Below are positions 42,926 to 53,441 of a DNA stretch of 64,000 nt, one piece after another. A model generated the notes under the pieces. It was not told the origin of the DNA. It searched no databases and saw only the letters and a list, made by a program, of their open reading frames with translations. The position numbers were made by a program, and so were the translations under genes. The stretch comes from Candidatus Latescibacterota bacterium (GTDB taxonomy: Bacteria > Latescibacterota > UBA2968), in NCBI GenBank assembly GCA_965198115.1, contig OZ240241.1, positions 4,512,001 to 4,576,000 on the forward strand. The letters run 5' to 3'. How positions within the stretch are numbered: position 1 is the first letter of the stretch; every line of letters begins with the position of its first letter.

Positions 42926-43744
42926 TCATCTGTGGTTGCTTCTGGCGTGCTCGGGTGGCAGCAAGGGAGGTTTTGGCTGGATGATCATGCGCCGTTCATC
43001 CGTAAGACGCTCGATCAGTTCGGTCGAATGCTCGTACCCGTAGCGATTGTTCGCCCAACCCGAGCCGTAGCGGTAGAGCATCATTCTACGTTCGCCGTCG
43101 TTCGTTCGGAAACCAGCGCCGTGAGCGACGCAATCGACGAACAACGCTGCATCGCCTGCCTTCAGGGGCACTTCGATTGCCCCCTCCACCGATTCCAGTG
43201 ACCCCGGTCTGTCCGCGAAGGCCGGATGGATGATGTTCGACTTGTGAGACCCCGGAATCAGCATCGTCGGTCCATCCCCCGGTCCGATATCCGTCAGTGC
43301 CAGCAGGACATTGATTTGACCACACCGGAATTCTTCGTCGTGATAGCGATATTGTGTCCGGATACGCCGCTTGTGTGCACCCGAGTGCAGCGCCAGCCCC
43401 GTCTTAGACTGTCGGACGTTGACAAACGCCTCGTCGATGAACAGCCCGTCCGTTCTCCCTACGAACCGCCGCATAAAGTCGATCCTGGATGGATGGTCGA
43501 TCATCTTTTCGAAGACGTTGCCAGCCTCGAAGATGTTTTCGATCACCAGGTTGTCGCCGGCGCTGGGTAGCGTATGCAGCGGGCCTTTCCACTCGTCTGG
43601 CCCCATCGGTAGAATGTCGTCGACAATCTCGTTCATCGCGATCAGATCGTCCTCGTCAACCGCCCCTGCGAGCACGATGTAACCCCGCAGATCGAACAGA
43701 TACTTTTCCATCTCCGATGGCACATTCGCTTCGATCGCTTTCAC
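42926..43744 (-). CDS. Phytanoyl-CoA dioxygenase (PhyH) family protein, HxG type
   Basis: YLFDLRGY, LHSGAH, IPGSHK and AHG...RR. Confidence 0.85.
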   Translation of the reverse strand: MKAIEANVPSEMEKYLFDLRGYIVLAGAVDEDDLIAMNEIVDDILPMGPDEWKGPLHTLPSAGDNLVIENIFEAGNVFEKMIDHPSRIDFMRRFVGRTDGLFIDEAFVNVRQSKTGLALHSGAHKRRIRTQYRYHDEEFRCGQINVLLALTDIGPGDGPTMLIPGSHKSNIIHPAFADRPGSLESVEGAIEVPLKAGDAALFVDCVAHGAGFRTNDGERRMMLYRYGSGWANNRYGYEHSTELIERLTDERRMIIQPKPPLLPPEHARSNHR

Positions 43745-43755
43745 ACGTGCCTCGT

Positions 43756-44593
43756 TCAGCCCTGCTTGTCGTAGTCGAAAGCTTCGGCTTCTTCGTAGAT
43801 CGACGGCTGACCCGGCGGTGTCTTGGGCGGCAACGGCTGCACGATCTTTCGCCGCTCGGGTGTCAATCTCGCGATCAGCTCCGGTGATGGCTGATAACCG
43901 TATCGATCCCACCCCCAATGTGGTCCGTATCGGATAATGGCGATCCGTCGCTCGCCATCGTTGATTCGCTCCGCCGATCCGTGGGCACAGCAATCGACGA
44001 AACACAGCGCGTCACCCGCTTTGTAGTGCACTTCGACCGCGCCCGTCACATCTTCCAGCGACTTGTTGCCTTCGTCACTGTGAAAAGCGGGATGGATCAG
44101 GTTGGACTTGTGGCTGTTGGGTAAAATCATCGTCCCGCCATCGCCGGGACCCACATCCGTCAGCGCGAGCAGGATATTAATCTGCCCGCAACGAAACTGG
44201 TCGTTGTGAAAGCGATACTGGGTCCGGATCCTTCGCTTGTGCGCTCCCGAATGTAAACGCGTTGCGGCTCCCTTATCACGCACATCCACGAACGACTCGT
44301 CGATGAACAGTCCGTCGTCTCCACCCACGAACCGATTGATGTGGTCGATCCACGACGGGTTGTCGATGAGCCGCTCAAACGGCTCTCCCATCTCGAACAC
44401 CTGGTGAATGAATGTGTTTGGCGTTCGTAACCTTCGGCGACCGACGAACCCAACCCCGCCACTCGCCCGGGTCCATATCCGTATAGTCGTCGACGAGGGC
44501 GTTCAGCTCCACCAGATGATCCGCATCGACCGCCTCCTCGAGCATCAGATAGCCACGAAGGTCGAACAGGTATTCTTGCAATTCAGTCGGCAA
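43756..44593 (-). CDS. PhyH family protein, HxG type (frameshift ~44405)
   Basis: TTG after AGGAG; YLFDLRGY, LHSGAH, PNSHK and AHG; tandem paralogue of the neighbouring gene. Confidence 0.83.
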
Positions 44594-44617
44594 TGTTTCT
44601 CCTAATGAAAAACCCAG

Positions 44618-44916
44618 GGAACCACGGATGAACACGGATAGACACAGATGTCTAAGAACTAAGCTTTAGGCGGTGAAAGCAAGGGTGCGGTACCTGATCC
44701 CGAGCCTAAACAACACGTCTTTTGATCCCTAGCCTCGGTTCACCGAAATTGAGTATCAGTCCGACACCCACTCCAGAGGCTCGGAGGTAGTTGATGAGCT
44801 GTGCTTCGTGGATGTTGGTTATTTCCTTGGCGACCTTGAAGTGGCTGCTGCACGCGGAAGCCCCTTCGGACTCTTCGCCGAGAGATCCGTGTTCATCCGT
44901 GTTCATCTGTGGTTCC
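44618..44916. mobile_element. GxxExxY-type mini-element bounded by 32-bp inverted repeats
   Basis: GGAACCACGGATGAACACGGATAGACACAGAT (44618-44649) matches the reverse complement of 44885-44916 at 28/32. Confidence 0.7.
44706..44906 (-). pseudogene. Internally deleted GxxExxY protein
   Basis: MNTDEHG start inside the repeat; C-terminal HEAQLINYLRASG..VGLILNFG; the central GxxExxY part is missing. Confidence 0.75.
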
Positions 44917-45594
44917 GCTCGTTATTGCAGAGAGATCTTGAAGAGACCCAATGATGAAGTCGGGATCGGGAATCCCTTCTTTACGCGCCACACCATCTCG
45001 ATTGAGCCAGGCTATGCGTAGTCCTGCGCGTTTGGAGCTGACGATATCATCCTCCTGCGAGTCGCCAACGTAGAGAATGCGTTCGGGTGCGAGACCGAGA
45101 GACACGAGGGCTGGATCGAAGATTCCGGGGTTGGGCTTGTAGCACCGGGCCGATTCGGAGCTGACGACAAGCTGGAAGGAGAGGTCGTTCCTGGCGAGCG
45201 CTGCGTAGAGGTGGTCGTTATCTGCGTTGGATACCACGCCGTGAGGGAGGGACAGACGATTCAACACCGGCTGCACGTCATCGTATACGGAGACCTTGCC
45301 GAGCAGATCGAAGATCCGATCGATGTATCCTTCCGTCCGACTATCGAGCCCCAACTGCTGAAAAACTCTGCCTAGGCTGACGTTGTTCACTGTTCTGAAA
45401 TTCTCAAACGCCCCTTCACGAAGCATCGGGAAGAAATAGCGGTCCCAAACCTTCAGAAGACCTTTCCCGTCCAGATCGAGGCCATGATCGTTCGCGATCT
45501 CGTCACAGACGTCGTAGAGGCAATCCATCCCACCCGCGAACAGCGTCCCGTACCCATCGAACAGCACCGCCTCGATTCTCAAATCGCTCCCCAC
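44893..45594 (-). CDS. HAD-superfamily hydrolase
   Basis: FDGYGTL, SNAD, YKP and VGDS..DD motifs. Confidence 0.9.
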   Translation of the reverse strand: MGSDLRIEAVLFDGYGTLFAGGMDCLYDVCDEIANDHGLDLDGKGLLKVWDRYFFPMLREGAFENFRTVNNVSLGRVFQQLGLDSRTEGYIDRIFDLLGKVSVYDDVQPVLNRLSLPHGVVSNADNDHLYAALARNDLSFQLVVSSESARCYKPNPGIFDPALVSLGLAPERILYVGDSQEDDIVSSKRAGLRIAWLNRDGVARKEGIPDPDFIIGSLQDLSAITSGTTDEHG

Positions 45595-45690
45595 GGCTTC
45601 CTTCGCGTCGCCCGGCCTTCGTGTTAGTTCTTCCTGAGCTCGTGAAAGCTTTGATCGCTCGTCACGGGCACGGGTCGCCCTTCCAAAAAT

Positions 45691-47110
45691 GGCTCTATCC
45701 GGGTTTCTCAACGGTGAAACTATAGAATGACAAGGTCATAGATCGTTCCCTACGCTTGGTTGTGTGTGTAGGACAATCAAAGCGAAGGGGGTGCGACCTA
45801 TGACCGGGAGCAGATTACTATCGAAACTGCTGAGATTCAAGGGGTTCCGTGTTGTCAGCTGGTGGTTTGAGGGGAGAAGCTGCTTCGTCATCGCCGTAAA
45901 GCCACATAAGAATGGTTGTTGTTGTCCGGAGTGCGGCCGTCGAGGTAAAATCGTCCGCACAATGCCCCATCCGCGTCGGTGGCGTGACATTCCGGTGTGC
46001 GGGTGGAGGGTCTGGCTTCTCTACCATCCTCGGGAGATTCGGTGTCCTACCCACGGTCGTGTGGTCGAGGAGATTCCGTGGGCGGAGCGGTTCTCTCGGG
46101 TGACGTATCGCTTCGAGTATGCCATGCTGCGCTACTGCCAGACCATGACGCAGAAGGCGGCGTCCGAGTTGCTGCGCATCTCTGCCTCGACGCTGTCGGA
46201 TCTCCTTCACCGATCCATCACGCGGCTTCGTGAAGGTCATCGTATCCGAGGGCTCAAAACCATCGGGATCGACGAGATCTCCTACGCCAAGCGTCACAGG
46301 TACGCCACGCTCGTTTACGATCTGGACCGCTCCTGCGTGGTGTGGGTTGGCCGCGGCAGGGCGCGTAAAACGATCGATCGGTTCTTCACAGAGGCTCTCA
46401 GTCCCTACCGGAGATCCAAGATCGAGTGGGCCTGCTGCGACATGAGCGAAGCTTACATCGGAGCCATCCAGGAACACTGTCCGAATGCCAAGCTGGTCCT
46501 CGATCGCTTTCACATCGTCAAGGCTCTCAATGCCGCCGTTGACGAGGTCCGTAAGGACCAGTGGCGTAAAGCTGCCCCGGATGAGCGCAAAGCCATGAAG
46601 GGCCTCCGATGGCTCCTCTACCGGCACTCAGCGACACGCTCCAGAGGGGATACTCGGACACTCAAAGCACTGGAGAAGGCGAACTACCGAATCTATAGAG
46701 CCTGGAGACTCAAGGACGAGTTCGAGCAGTTCTGGGAATACAAAGCGCCCTGGGCTGCCGAACGCTTCCTGAAATGCTGGACGACGTCCGCACTCAGAAG
46801 TCGACTTGAACCCCTGCGAAAGTTCGTCAGGACCCTGCGACAGCACTTCTTCGGCGTCCTCGCATTCGTGAACACGCGTCTTACCAACGCCATCGCCGAA
46901 GGCCTCAACCGAATCGTCCAAATCGTCAAGAACCGAGCCAGCGGATTCCGCACACTCGACGCATTCAACGATATGATCTTCCTTACCGTCGGAGACATAA
47001 ACATCCCTGAGCAGATTCCGAAGAGGTTCCGCACACGCTAACCGCGCCCCCATGCCAGGAACCACGGCACCTTCACCCACTTCAGCTCGTTGAGAGATCC
47101 GGATATAGCC
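45691..47110 (+). mobile_element. ISL3-family insertion sequence
   Basis: TIRs GGCTCTATCCGGGTTTCTCAACG and GGCTATATCCGGATCTCTCAACG (20/23); flanks CCAAAAAT and ACAAAAAT. Confidence 0.92.
45800..47041 (+). CDS. ISL3-family transposase
   Basis: CPECG zinc finger, IGIDE, CDM, DRFH and TNAIAEGLN..GFR. Confidence 0.95.
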   Translation: MTGSRLLSKLLRFKGFRVVSWWFEGRSCFVIAVKPHKNGCCCPECGRRGKIVRTMPHPRRWRDIPVCGWRVWLLYHPREIRCPTHGRVVEEIPWAERFSRVTYRFEYAMLRYCQTMTQKAASELLRISASTLSDLLHRSITRLREGHRIRGLKTIGIDEISYAKRHRYATLVYDLDRSCVVWVGRGRARKTIDRFFTEALSPYRRSKIEWACCDMSEAYIGAIQEHCPNAKLVLDRFHIVKALNAAVDEVRKDQWRKAAPDERKAMKGLRWLLYRHSATRSRGDTRTLKALEKANYRIYRAWRLKDEFEQFWEYKAPWAAERFLKCWTTSALRSRLEPLRKFVRTLRQHFFGVLAFVNTRLTNAIAEGLNRIVQIVKNRASGFRTLDAFNDMIFLTVGDINIPEQIPKRFRTR

Positions 47111-47897
47111 ACAAAAATGCCCACTTCCCCACGTCACACGTCGATGCTCTCACGAACCCATTGATGTAGGACCGGCGCAGCCGATCGGTCGTGTTGGGCT
47201 TCGATCCGTGCACCGAATACGAAGTGAACATCACTACGTCTCCGGGGGCACCTTCCATCGGGACAGCCTTCGCAACGTCGACGTGGTCTTCGATCTGTCC
47301 CTTCGCGTAGCGTTTGACCTTCAGATTCCCCAGCTTGTGGCTCTCTGGCACGATATGCAGGCAGCCGTTCGCCACTGTCGCCTCATCGACCACGATGATC
47401 GTCTGTACGTAGTTGTTTACCTGGTCTCGAAACGCCGGCTGTCGGACGGATGTCTTGGTGCCACGGGAATGAGATGTCGCCACCGGGCATTTTAAAGTTG
47501 ATCTGATTGATGTATTGCTTCAGCGATCGGCCGATCAGTGGCTCCAGCAGAACAGGAAATTTCGTGCTGTTCCGAATCTCTTCGAACGCAGGATGAAGGA
47601 GCGCTGGCCACTGCACTTTCCGCAGATATTTGACCGCCTCCGGCCCGAACATCGGTTCAGGAGTCTGAAGATGGACGTGCACTTCGGACCCCTTGCCGTG
47701 AAGCACGTTCTCCGGCAGGTCCGTTCGGGCGGCGAGTTCGAGAATGTAGGCATAGCCTTCTCGGAGGCGGTCGATCTCCCCTTCATCGAACACATTGCGT
47801 GCGATGAAATACCCGCGTTCTCGGAAGGATGCCACATCCGTTTCAGATAGCGTCACCAATCGACCATATCCTCTTCGTGTCTTCGCGTCTTCGTGTC

Positions 47898-48797
47898 CTA
47901 ACCTCGGATCCCGAACTCAGCTTCGAACGCCGCCCACACTTCCTTCGACACAGGCATCGTCGCAGCCTCGATGACTTCCTCAACCTGCTCTACGGTGGCC
48001 GGACCCGCCATGACCATCCCACCGATGTCCGCGGCCAGGCAGAAGTGCAGCGCCAGCTGACGAATGTTGACGTCGTGGTCTCGCGCCCACGTCCACATCC
48101 GATGGGCTACCGGCTCCTTTCCAGGATAACGACTTCGTTCCGATTCATCGTCCGGTTCCGGCCCAGCCAACAGCCCCATGCCCTGTGCGCTTGCCAGAAT
48201 CAGTCCCACGTCGTGTGAGCGCGCCAGCGGAAGCGTCGTCTTGCCCGCAGTCTGACTCAGGAGCGTATAATCCAGAAACGTCAGCACGATATCGATGTGA
48301 CCTGTCTCGATCGCCCGTTTGTGGAAGTCGTGCTCTCTCACACCGATCCCGATGTGATCGAGGATGCCCTCCTCTTTCATCTTCAGCAACTCATCCAGAC
48401 ACGCCCCCTTCGCGAACGGCTCCTCGATATCACGTGGATCGTGGATCAACACTGAATCGAAGCGATCCGTTTTCAGCACCGACAGACTGTTCTCCACGCT
48501 CCATCGAGTTGCCTCGGCGGAATAATCGTGACGACGATCCGGGTGCGTGCCCGTCTTCGTCTGGAGGTAAACTCGATCCCGATATCCATCGGTCAGGGCG
48601 AGTCCCACGCGGCGCTCGCTCTCGCCATAAAGGGGTGACGTATCGACAAAGTTCAATCCCAGATCGATCGCCCGGCGAACACCGTCGTGCGCATCCTGAT
48701 CCGTCACGTTCTGCGATCCAAAGAACGCGCAGCCCAATCCGAGAGCTTTCACGCTCATTTTAGTACGGCCCAGCCGTCGCCAGCCCAGTTCCGCCAC
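47898..48797 (-). CDS. Aldo/keto reductase
   Basis: RRLGRT, DTSPLYG..SE, TK, SL..L..D and IHD motifs. Confidence 0.92.
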   Translation of the reverse strand: MAELGWRRLGRTKMSVKALGLGCAFFGSQNVTDQDAHDGVRRAIDLGLNFVDTSPLYGESERRVGLALTDGYRDRVYLQTKTGTHPDRRHDYSAEATRWSVENSLSVLKTDRFDSVLIHDPRDIEEPFAKGACLDELLKMKEEGILDHIGIGVREHDFHKRAIETGHIDIVLTFLDYTLLSQTAGKTTLPLARSHDVGLILASAQGMGLLAGPEPDDESERSRYPGKEPVAHRMWTWARDHDVNIRQLALHFCLAADIGGMVMAGPATVEQVEEVIEAATMPVSKEVWAAFEAEFGIRG

Positions 48798-49038
48798 GGT
48801 TCGATCCTTTCGCTTGAACCTGACCACCCCTATTTAGCCTCGAGAGGTGGTCGAAACCCGTTCCAGCTCGCTCAGCCATTAGATCTGACCACTGGAATGC
48901 TCCGTCACACGTTCACGTTGGCAGAGGATCACAGGGGAAGTCACGTGTGTGGAGAATCAGATCGGCAAGCGCCAGAAGCATACTGGATTGACATTGTCGA
49001 ATCAATCGCTTTGAGGTCTACGGAGTGATCTCCATATT

Positions 49039-51000
49039 GTGATCCCCCTTCCGCCCGTTGTGATGGTGTCGATAGAGAGACCGCGAGTCGCTCCCTCATC
49101 ACAGCCCTCCCTACTCGCAGTTTGCGTGAACGTATGGCCTGTTTACGCCAGTATGGTCGTACGGTCGTCTCGAGCAGACTTTGCTCATCTATCCGTCGCT
49201 TTTCTCGCTCCGTTCCTCCTGCTGCTCGGCCTCAACCCACTCGCTGGTAAACGACGATTCACACCCCGCGAGCTACTCGTCATCGCCTGCATCGGGATGG
49301 TCGCTGCGAACATTCAGGGGGAGTGGCTGTCGGGTTATTTTCTCGGCGTCATATCGGCTCCCACCTATTTCGCCACGCCCCAGAACAGATGGATGGAGCT
49401 CCTCCTACCCCATCTCCCGACGTGGAGCGTGGTTCACGATTCCTACGCCGCGCGCGTATTCTATGAAGGGCTCGCCCCGGGTGCGACCATTCCCTGGGAT
49501 GCGTGGATCCGACCCCTGATGGCGTGGGCGCCGTTCTTCCTGGCCGTCCTGCTGTTCAACTTTTCACTGAGTGTGATCATTCGGAAGCAGTGGGTCGATC
49601 ACGAGCGTCTGTCGTTCCCCGTTGCGATTGTGCTGGCCGACCTCGTTGGCGCATCGAAACAGGGGACCCTCCGGGAGTATGCGGGCAACGGTCTCTTCTG
49701 GCTTGCCTTCGTGGGGATCGTTCTTGTCTACTGCTGGAACTTCCTCACCTGGTTCAACACGGGCCTGCCGCCCCTCCACGTCATGGCTGCGTACAACGTC
49801 CCGATTGCGCGCGACTTTCCAACCCTCACGATCCTGAACCAGCCGATGACCATCGCCCTCGGCTACTTCACGAAGTCGGAAGTGTTGTTCAGCATCTGGT
49901 TCTTCCACATTCTCGCCCTCATCCAGGTCGGCATCTTCAACCGGCTTGGAATCACGGTGGACGGGACCGATCTCTGGTGCTCGATGAACCCGACCATTGG
50001 ATGGCAGAGCTTTGGAGGGATGATCGTCTTCGTGCTGTGGGGAATCTGGATTGCGAAGACCCACCTTGTCGCCGTCTTCAGGCAGGCGTGGACAGGCGAG
50101 AAAGTCCTCGACGAAACCGAGGAACTCACATCTTACCGAACGGCCGTCTTTCTGATGACCGGTTCGGGTCTTTTCGCCATCCTCTTCCTCGGCCGATTGG
50201 GCCTCGGAGCCTTGCCGCTTCTGTTCTTCTGGTTCGCCACGCTCATCTGCTACGTGGGTCTTGGACGCATTATGGCCGAAAGCGGACTCGTGTTCCTTCG
50301 GGGCCCCTTGACCGCCCAGGCTTTCACGTGGCACACGCTCGGTACGGTCGGTCTTGGCCACACGGGCGCCGCCGTCCTCGCCCTGACCTACGCCTTTTTC
50401 GCAGACGGTAAGACGCTGGCCATGACGACGATGGCCCACGTGCCCCATCTGAGCACATTGCTCGGAAACCGCGAGCGGCGAAAGCTCGGACCCGTCTTAT
50501 TCCTCGCACTGACGCTGGGTGCAGTGATCACGGTCGGCTACACAATCGTACTCGCGAATGAATCGATCGGCAGCTACAACTTCGGAATCAACAGCTTCGA
50601 CGGCACGCCGGACGGCCCACCCGGCATCTACGACGCTTCAGCCGGGCGCATCAATCGCAGCGTCTGGGGAACAGACTGGCAACGCGTGCAATATCTTGGC
50701 ATCGGGTCAGCGGTCACCGCGCTCATCATTCTTCTGCGATACCGATTTCCTGGCCTCAAGCTTCACCCGATCGGGTTCACGATCTCATCATCCGTTCCAA
50801 TGCGTAGCAGCTTCTTTTCGATTTTCATCATCTGGGCGATAAAGAGCATTCTCCTCAGGTTTGGAGGACTCGATCTCTACCGAAAGGCAACCCCCCTGTT
50901 CATCGGATTGCTCCTGGGACAGCTGACGGGCATCATGCTCGGTGTGGTGGTCGATACCATCTGGTTCAACGGCAATGGACATTTCCTGAACCGCTGGTAG
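49039..51000 (+). CDS. DUF6785/DUF6784-like polytopic membrane protein (putative transporter)
   Basis: IPWDAWIRPL..W, RKQWVDHERLSFP, LHPIG and LRFGG..YRK..PLFIGL. Confidence 0.75.
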   Translation: MIPLPPVVMVSIERPRVAPSSQPSLLAVCVNVWPVYASMVVRSSRADFAHLSVAFLAPFLLLLGLNPLAGKRRFTPRELLVIACIGMVAANIQGEWLSGYFLGVISAPTYFATPQNRWMELLLPHLPTWSVVHDSYAARVFYEGLAPGATIPWDAWIRPLMAWAPFFLAVLLFNFSLSVIIRKQWVDHERLSFPVAIVLADLVGASKQGTLREYAGNGLFWLAFVGIVLVYCWNFLTWFNTGLPPLHVMAAYNVPIARDFPTLTILNQPMTIALGYFTKSEVLFSIWFFHILALIQVGIFNRLGITVDGTDLWCSMNPTIGWQSFGGMIVFVLWGIWIAKTHLVAVFRQAWTGEKVLDETEELTSYRTAVFLMTGSGLFAILFLGRLGLGALPLLFFWFATLICYVGLGRIMAESGLVFLRGPLTAQAFTWHTLGTVGLGHTGAAVLALTYAFFADGKTLAMTTMAHVPHLSTLLGNRERRKLGPVLFLALTLGAVITVGYTIVLANESIGSYNFGINSFDGTPDGPPGIYDASAGRINRSVWGTDWQRVQYLGIGSAVTALIILLRYRFPGLKLHPIGFTISSSVPMRSSFFSIFIIWAIKSILLRFGGLDLYRKATPLFIGLLLGQLTGIMLGVVVDTIWFNGNGHFLNRW

Positions 51001-51214
51001 GAGCCTGGCACCGCCCAGTCGTGAGCTGTCGGGTGCCAGCAGACTTCGTTTCCCCGAACGGGATCGAGCGGCCCCGCCCTTGCGTATGGATCGTGATGAC
51101 GTATCAGGCTCCCAAGCCGGGCCGAATCCATCGCTTTGAGATGGAAACCGGTGTTCAGATATTGCACGACACGATCGCTGTAAGCACCCTCGAGAAAGGG
51201 ACCGAAGAATAGTG

Positions 51215-51997
51215 ATGCCAACAGAAATGGAAGACTACCTGTTCGATTTAAACGGGTATCTGGTTCTCAGAAACGCAGTTACGCGGGAACACGTGGCCGA
51301 GATGAACGCAGCGGCCGAAGCGATGCTTCCCCTCGAAAACGACGAGTGGTGTGGCCACGTACACTGCCGTGGGAATCCGCCTGACCACGTGGGCCTTTCT
51401 CAGATTGTTGAAGCGGGTGAACCGTTCGAGCGGTTGATCGATCATCCCTCGTGGATCGATCACATCAACCGTTATGTCGGCGGTGACGACGGACTCTTCA
51501 TCGATCAGAACTGGTGGAACAAGCGTGGGCCGGGCCGCGGCCTGACCCTCCACTCAGGTGCTCACAAGCGAAGAATCCGCACCCAGTTCAGGTATCACGA
51601 CGGACAGTTCCGTTGCGGGCAGGTAGTCATCATCCTTGCGCTGAACGACATCGGACCGGACGACGGACCGACGATGGTCGTGCCGGGAAGCCACAAGTCC
51701 AACTTGCTTCACCCGGCATTCAACGGAGACGACCTTTCGATGGAGCCCGTCGAAGGAGTGATCAAAGTGCCGCTCGACTGCGGCGATGCGGTGGTGTTCG
51801 TCGATTGCCTGGCCCACGGTTCCGCCAAGCGCACGACTCCGGGACACCGCCTGTCGCTTCTTTACCGGTACGGCCCGCATTGGGGTCACGACCGTTTCGG
51901 GTTCGAGCCGTCGGAAGCCCTCCTCGAGCGCCTGACGCCGGAGCGTCGCAAGATCATCCAGCCGATCCCACCCAAGAGACCACCCGTATTCGCATAG
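51215..51997 (+). CDS. PhyH family protein, HxG type
   Basis: YLFDLNGY, LHSGAH, VPGSHK and AHG. Confidence 0.87.
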   Translation: MPTEMEDYLFDLNGYLVLRNAVTREHVAEMNAAAEAMLPLENDEWCGHVHCRGNPPDHVGLSQIVEAGEPFERLIDHPSWIDHINRYVGGDDGLFIDQNWWNKRGPGRGLTLHSGAHKRRIRTQFRYHDGQFRCGQVVIILALNDIGPDDGPTMVVPGSHKSNLLHPAFNGDDLSMEPVEGVIKVPLDCGDAVVFVDCLAHGSAKRTTPGHRLSLLYRYGPHWGHDRFGFEPSEALLERLTPERRKIIQPIPPKRPPVFA

Positions 51998-52049
51998 CCG
52001 AGCGTGCCTGTCCGTGAGCCGGCAGCTTCCCTGAACACGACTCTGGACG

Positions 52050-53441
52050 ATGTCAACCAACCAACCGAACGTGATCTTCATCCTCACCGACGACCAGGGC
52101 CCGTGGGCGGCCGGGTGCTACGGTAACGGGGAGATCCGTACACCCAACATCGATCGACTCGCGACGACGGGGATGCGATTCGATCGGTTCTTCTGCGCGT
52201 CACCGGTCTGCTCGCCCAGCCGCGCTTCGTTTCTCACGGGCACCGTTCCATCACGCCACGGGGTCCACGACTGGATTCGTGGAGGAAACTACGGGGATGA
52301 TGCGGCTACCTATCTCGAAGGTCAGACGGGTTACACCTCGATCCTCGCAAAAAATGGTTGGACGTGCGGCATCAGTGGCAAGTGGCATCTGGGAAACAGC
52401 GTCCTGCCACAGCAGGGATTCAGCCACTGGTTCGTTCACGAGAAGGGCGGCGGACCCTACAACGACGCCCCGATGATCCGTGACGGCCAGTTATTCAACG
52501 AACCCGGCTACGTCACCAACGTCATCACCGACGACGCCCTCGATTTCATCGACGCACACGCCAACGACGAAACGCCATTTTACCTCAGTGTGCACTATAC
52601 CGCCCCTCACAGCCCGTGGACGGGTCATCCAAAACACATCGTCGACAGCTACGACGACTGCGCTTTTGATACCTGCCCGCAGGAGCCGATTCACCCCTGG
52701 GCGGGAGGCCTCACGCGTAGCTCACACGGCAATCGCGAGATGCTCAAGGGCTACTTCGCGGCGGTGACCGCGATGGATCTCGATGTCGGGAGAATCCTCG
52801 ACAAGCTGGAGACCAAGAACATTCGTGAAGACACGCTTGTCGTCTTCACGAGCGACAACGGCTTCAGCTGCGGCCACCACGGGTTTTGGGGGAAGGGAAA
52901 CGGCACCTACCCCATCAACATGTATGACAATTCCGTCCTGGTCCCCTTCGTCGCGAGCCATCCCGGCAGCATCCCTCAAGGGTCGACCACGGACGCAATG
53001 ATCAGCGCCATCGATTTCATGCCGACCCTGCTGGATTACGTCGGACTCGAAATCCCCGATGACCTGGACCTGCCCGGTCGATCTTTCGCGCCGAACCTTA
53101 CGGGCGAGAGGGAGGGACTACGCGACGCAGTCGTCATCTACGACGAATATGGTCCCACCCGAATGGCACGTACAAGAGAGTGGAAGTACGTCCATCGCTA
53201 CGGAGAAGGACCGAACGAGCTGTTCGATCTCGTCAACGACCCGGACGAACGGGAAAACCGGGTGAACGACGGCTCGCTTGCATCCCGCATTGATGAGCTC
53301 AGAGGCGTACTGGAAGACTGGTACTCGACCGTGTCGACGGCGGAGAAGAACGGAAGGGAGCTGCCTGTGACGGGCGGCGGTCAGCTACGACCGGTGGGTG
53401 GGGCGTGGGAGAATGGATCCGATTCGTTTACGGGGCACTAG
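52050..53441 (+). CDS. Sulfatase
   Basis: PNVIFILTDD, CSPSR, GKWHLG, PHSP, SDNG and WGKG. Confidence 0.93.
   Translation: MSTNQPNVIFILTDDQGPWAAGCYGNGEIRTPNIDRLATTGMRFDRFFCASPVCSPSRASFLTGTVPSRHGVHDWIRGGNYGDDAATYLEGQTGYTSILAKNGWTCGISGKWHLGNSVLPQQGFSHWFVHEKGGGPYNDAPMIRDGQLFNEPGYVTNVITDDALDFIDAHANDETPFYLSVHYTAPHSPWTGHPKHIVDSYDDCAFDTCPQEPIHPWAGGLTRSSHGNREMLKGYFAAVTAMDLDVGRILDKLETKNIREDTLVVFTSDNGFSCGHHGFWGKGNGTYPINMYDNSVLVPFVASHPGSIPQGSTTDAMISAIDFMPTLLDYVGLEIPDDLDLPGRSFAPNLTGEREGLRDAVVIYDEYGPTRMARTREWKYVHRYGEGPNELFDLVNDPDERENRVNDGSLASRIDELRGVLEDWYSTVSTAEKNGRELPVTGGGQLRPVGGAWENGSDSFTGH

Larger units (their letters stand above)
45624..47859 (-). pseudogene. PhyH family gene (canonical HQD) disrupted near its 3' end by ISL3; frameshift ~47445
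   Basis: PWHQD, PESHK, VHGS..N..RR; the C-terminus AFLEGRPVPVTSDQSFHELRKN* resumes at 45690-45624. Confidence 0.8.

Noticed and set aside
44618-44916. 10-mer repeats as a CRISPR array
   Set aside because: The units are tandem without spacers and are arranged as inverted arms.
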